This document shows, piece by piece, positions 59,601 to 64,000 of a stretch of 64,000 nucleotides of DNA. The DNA lies in NCBI GenBank assembly GCA_000708835.1, contig DF237108.1, positions 1 through 64,000 on the forward strand. The letters are read 5' to 3'. Made by a program: the position numbers and the translations under genes. The notes beneath the pieces were generated by a model. The model was given only the letters and a program-made list of their open reading frames with translations, was not told the origin of the DNA and searched no databases. This DNA is from Klebsormidium nitens (taxonomy: Eukaryota; Plantae; Klebsormidiophyceae). The first letter of the stretch is position 1, and every line of letters begins with the position of its first letter.

Positions 59601-61038
59601 TCTGCCCAGGCACGTCATCAAGCCCGTCATCCCCGCCAAGTACATGGACGACAAGACCATCTTCCACCTGAACCCCTCAGGCCGCTTCGTCATTGGCGGG
59701 CCCCACGGAGACGCTGGCCTCACCGGCCGCAAGATCATCATCGACACCTATGGCGGCTGGGGCGCCCACGGAGGCGGTGCTTTCTCCGGAAAGGACCCCA
59801 CCAAGGTAGGGGTCAATCTTCTTGTTGCAGACGTGGTTGTCTGTCCGACTATAGCGAGTGGTCCGGAATAGGGAAGGGGGGAAGGGGGGGAGCAAATGTT
59901 CCATGGAATGTGATCTTTGAGTAACTGTCAGTTTGCAGATAGCTTCTGTCCTTTTAAAAAGGCACCTCTTTGGACCAGTTGTAAGCACGTCAAAAGGTCT
60001 TTCTTGAGCAGATGGCTCCTTTCAGTTACATTCAATTGTGTTCGAGATAGAGTCTCCAAATCATCTGAGCTGCCAAAAGGACGATACTACCTGTAGCATC
60101 AGCCTGCCATTGCCTCGTGTCCTTTTTCTGAATTGGACACACACGGTTGCTAGGTAGTCGCTCTTCCCTGTCAGTCAAATGTGAACGGGTCTTGTGTATT
60201 GCTACAGGTCGACAGGTCTGGTGCCTACATCGTCCGCCAGGCAGCCAAGAGCATCGTTGCTTCCGGCCTGGCCAGGCGCGCGATCGTCCAGGTAAGGCTC
60301 GTTTTGGCAGATCATCTCAGGCCACGCCGGCAATAAAACCGCTCTCTGCCATCGGCATGCATCTTTCCTGGATTCTTATCTGGATGGCGACAGAGCTGGG
60401 AGCTGAAATCCAGAAGCTGCATTAAGTCATTCCGGCCCGATTGTTCAAGTTGTCCAGTGCTGTCTTCCAATTACTTGCCTCGACGGTTTCCATTTTGAAG
60501 CTGAAATGTAGGATCTGGGTCTTCTTAAGTATGTTGGTCCTTGAGTCGCTCATGTGCTTTACATTGTGGGTGGCTTGACCGCCCTGCCGAATTCGTTGCG
60601 CGTCTCTGCAACCACCTCTCAACATGTTTGCATGGTTCACAGTGAGTACGCCCTTGAGAGCAATGAAAAGGCTCATTGTGAGTGCGCCCTTGAGCAATGA
60701 AAAGGCTCATTGTGAGTGCGCCCTTGAGCTATGAAAAGGCCGGTTTTTCCCTGGTCCCTGATGGTGGAAGCTGTCCGAAACAGGTGTCGTACGCCATCGG
60801 TGTCCCCGAGCCCCTGTCCGTCTATGTCGACACCTACGGCACCGGCAAGTACCCCGACGCCAAGATCCTGGAGGCCGTCAAGGAGAATTTCGACTTCCGC
60901 CCGGGTATGATTGCGATCCACCTCGACTTGAAGCGCGGTGGCAACAAGCGGTACCAGAAGACCGCTGCGTACGGACACTTCGGGCGCGACGACCCCGACT
61001 TCACGTGGGAGGTCGTGAAGCCCCTCAAGGTCGAGTAG
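56692..61038 (+). CDS. MAT: S-adenosylmethionine synthetase (methionine adenosyltransferase), 7 exons, 388 aa
   Basis: Exons 56692-56799, 57395-57565, 58020-58199, 58950-59122, 59610-59805, 60208-60291, 60784-61038; total 1167 nt. Motifs [85 protein letters not shown]. Confidence 0.99.
60642..60740. repeat. Intronic minisatellite, 3 x 34-36 nt, each unit starting with GTGAGT
   Basis: gtgagtgcgcccttgagcaatgaaaaggctcatt-like units at 60642, 60678 and 60712, in the last MAT intron. Confidence 0.9.
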
Positions 61039-62682
61039 GGCGGGAATTTGTAACAGTAGGTAGCTAGCTGGCCGGCCCATCTGCCGTCTGTTGGGCCCCG
61101 AGAAAGGTCTGCCATTGGGCCTTTGGGGCTGAACACGCCCCCCTCCCCAGCCCGCTATCAGCGCAAGTTGCTTACTGTTGACGACAGGTCTATCAAGGAC
61201 TGCTAATAAGGTGCGGAAGTATGCGGCATATTTGGACAATCCGGAAGATGTTTGAGTAGTCTTCGCTTGATTATTGAGATGTTTCGAGTTTGCGCCATGT
61301 ACTCTAAACCAATCGACCTTGATGGCCCATAATAACGAACTGGCCGTCAAGATTGTGGACACTGTCGACAGAACGCTGGCCTGCCAGATCACTAATTGGA
61401 CAGATCGCGAAATGATGGTTCTCAAACAGTCAAAACGGCACCTGCTTTTAAAGACAGCCTGCATGGCCTGTTGATGAACAGGGTTCACCAGGGTGAGCTG
61501 CTTGAGTGCAGGGGCGCCGCTTTTATTCCAGAGCCTGCCCCTGGCACACTGATTTATAGATTTCACAAGTAAAGACGCAAACAAACTATTGTCTGAGGAA
61601 TCATTGAATAGTCCGTTACCGGACCCCAGTGCTTGTGGCTACCTTGTTGTGCCGGGCGCCACGCGGTGGCTACACCCACCTCGTACATGTTAATTGTACT
61701 AACTCCCGGCTTGCTTAGCTCATATGTGGTGTCAATGGATGATATAGCGATCGTGCAATCAAAATTACTTAGTGGACATGCACTTGTACAAAATCTTTTG
61801 AATAAGTGCATGATCACGGACTTCGACAGTGGCGGCAGAATTGATTGTCAAAGTCCGATCATGTATAGTAGTTCGCCGGCCGCAATCTTTCAATACTTGT
61901 GCGCATTTAAGTTGACCGTGACTGCATTGTAGCTGCGGGTTTCCGATCTAGCATGCGGTGCTTTACTTCCTGCACAAGCACGACTGCCATGCTCAGAGCG
62001 GAGGCCGCCTCAGCTGTACGGCGATCAAGCCTGATCGAGCTCATGCATGAGCCATGGCCGCGGCCCAACTGAGACGTCAGTCCCCCAACCGCGGCGCCCT
62101 CAACACGCTGGTACTGGCGGTCCGGCATACAAAATGCTGCTGCCCCACCTAGAACTTATTTCGGCCAACTTGATTGGCCTTGCTTGGAGTATGTGACTTG
62201 CGGACCACACGACTCGACTCGTCAGCGAATGATACGCTGATATTATACGCGTAATTCATGTCCACCTGATAGTAGCCGCAGAATCAATGTCTGAAAAAGA
62301 AAGAATCCATCCATTGAATGGTCGGATGGAGTCGACCAGATGCACAGGGCTTGCGGCCCTTGACTCGATCTGCTATGTAGACCGACCATTGCATGCAAGT
62401 CTCGCGACAATGATATCTATCCTCCGTTGCGTACACGTGACGAGCGCGGGTGAGGACTGGGTCCTGCCTTGGCAGGAAGAAGACAATCATTTTCGTAGCA
62501 CTGAGCCGGCTTACGTTCAACGACCACTTGTCAGCGGGTCGATCCGGAACCCCAACTCTAGCACATACCTGCGGGTCTTCTGGCATGAGCGGACGCAACT
62601 TCCTTCCCTAGCTGGCAATCCAACACTCGCGTCGCCAATGTATTTCTAACGTCTATCCTTTTTCGCAACGCACTTAAAATAA

Positions 62683-63537
62683 TCATTCCCTCAACACTTG
62701 TTTAACGAACTTTTTAGTCTTGCCCGCGTTCGTCTCGGGCCGGAACGTGCACTTCTCCTCGAAGTCCTCTTCCGCCCGCCTGGCGACTTCCGCCTTCCGC
62801 TGCTCGCTGCCGGAATGCAGCCGGAACGGCTGGGGCTTGGTTGACTGCCGTGAGAGGTTGGAGGGGATCTCGAGAAGGAAAGCCCGCCGCTCTCGTTCCT
62901 CTTGCTCCTTTTTCAGGCGCTTTGACATCTCTTGCAGCTCAAGATATCTGCGGGTAGCAAGCGAAGATGACAGGAGCGAGATGCAGGCCAGACGGTCGGT
63001 CAAAGAACGGAGCTGTGGGACGAAATAATGTTCCGATGAACCAGGCGCGGAGCTCCACTCCAGAGTCGGAGACGAGGAGATTTGAGGGAGGAAACATCTT
63101 GCATAAAGGGGCTTCCATTCCATAAGCGTGCCCAAGAACAACCGATGAGGACAGAAGTGATCGAGAGGGGAGCGGAGCAGGGACGACTCTGCGTCAGGCA
63201 ATCTGTATCAAAGACCAACATTGCTTCAAAGTCAGACGAAGTGGATTCGAGTTTTCTCATCTTGGGCAGGATACGTGCAGCTTCCCCGCCCCTCTGTAAC
63301 ACCCTGCTCACTATTTCAGACGTCCGCTGATCCTAGTAATACTAAAGTCTTTGAGCGGGGGCCGTTGCCAACCCGCTTGCGAGAGAGGCTGCACCCTCAC
63401 CTGCCAAGCCCGGGGACTATCACCGGCTGGTCCAGCTGTTCCGGTGGCGTTCCGTTGATCGCCGGCCGGAACGTGCAATCCTGCAGCTCCTGCTCGCGCT
63501 GGAGCTCGCGTACGGCCTCAATGCGCGCCAGCCGCTC
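62683..63537 (-). CDS. 3' part (last two exons) of a coiled-coil protein with CTFRP repeats; the gene continues beyond the window
   Basis: Exons (minus) 63537-63401 and 62947-62683 join in phase 2: ERLARIEAVRELQREQELQDCTFRPAIN...STKPQPFRLHSG...EEKCTFRPETN. The CTF.P.I/N and T.PQPF.L motifs recall microtubule-associated/ciliary proteins (inference). Confidence 0.7.
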
Positions 63538-64000
63538 CTGCCAAAAAAGTCTCATGTTTTAGGGTTTCGGTTCGATATTGTCGGATTTCACTCAAATGAT
63601 GTCGCTTTTCCTGTTCTTTGCTTATTGAACAGGTAATCAGGCATTGCGCAATGAGATGCAAAGTTGGACTTCCTGGCATCAAGCGACTGGTGATCTGTAC
63701 CTGTCAGCGAAGGTCTTCGCTTGTGAATGGTTCTAAGTTGAGAATGCCGCCTTGACCAATATGACTGGGCACTCAACAGGCTGCGCTGATAGGCCCAAAA
63801 TCTCAAATTCAGATGGCAGATACAACGTCCTCATGCAACAAGAAACAAAATTAGACTCCGAAAAACTTACAATTCAAATTTGACTCTTTCTTCGTCGCGG
63901 AATGTATCGGAAACTAGCTTTCGTACCGAACGTCAAAGACCAGGGTTAAGAAAGAGCGTCACACGACATTTTGGGTAAAGGTGTAAGTTAGGCTTACCCT

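Noticed and set aside
60642-60740. CRISPR-like array
   Set aside because: The units are directly adjacent with no unique spacers, only three copies, in a eukaryotic intron with no cas genes.
56692-61100. METTL16/FIONA1-type m6A splice switch in SAM synthetase
   Set aside because: Two acceptors end in TACAG (58019, 60207), but they continue GTC, not the UACAGARAA nonamer. I found no such nonamer in the gene.

Overview
Intron-rich eukaryotic nuclear DNA. It is most likely from a streptophyte green alga of the Klebsormidium type; this is inferred from the plant-type ORC1 with a PHD finger inside its BAH domain, the plant-like SAM synthetase, the CCRK-like kinase and the GT-AG intron style. I spliced the genes by hand and each complete model stays in frame. 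In order the window holds: a CCRK/CDK20-like kinase (+, 6 exons); about 6 kb of intergenic DNA with a tRNA-like relic and a dense GTAC cluster; an unidentified Pro/Ala-rich coiled-coil gene (+, 6 exons); an alpha/beta-hydrolase (-, 5 exons); a Harbinger-type MITE; a 22-exon gene (+, about 1348 aa); an intron-containing tRNA-Ala(AGC) (-); ORC1 (+, 14 exons); SAM synthetase (+, 7 coding exons); and the 3' end of a coiled-coil gene (-). The best candidate for an undescribed system is the 22-exon gene. It appears to fuse a signal peptide and a complete extracellular DD3-3-family domain, through one extra transmembrane helix, to an intact NADPH oxidase core that lacks EF-hands. This is a DUOX-like topology with a different ectodomain. 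A second signal recurs across three genes: many introns carry serial decayed copies of the neighbouring splice junction and exon edge, most still holding their AG or GT. The palindrome TGACGTCA is also strongly over-represented. Family assignments rest on motif recognition from memory; no database search was run.
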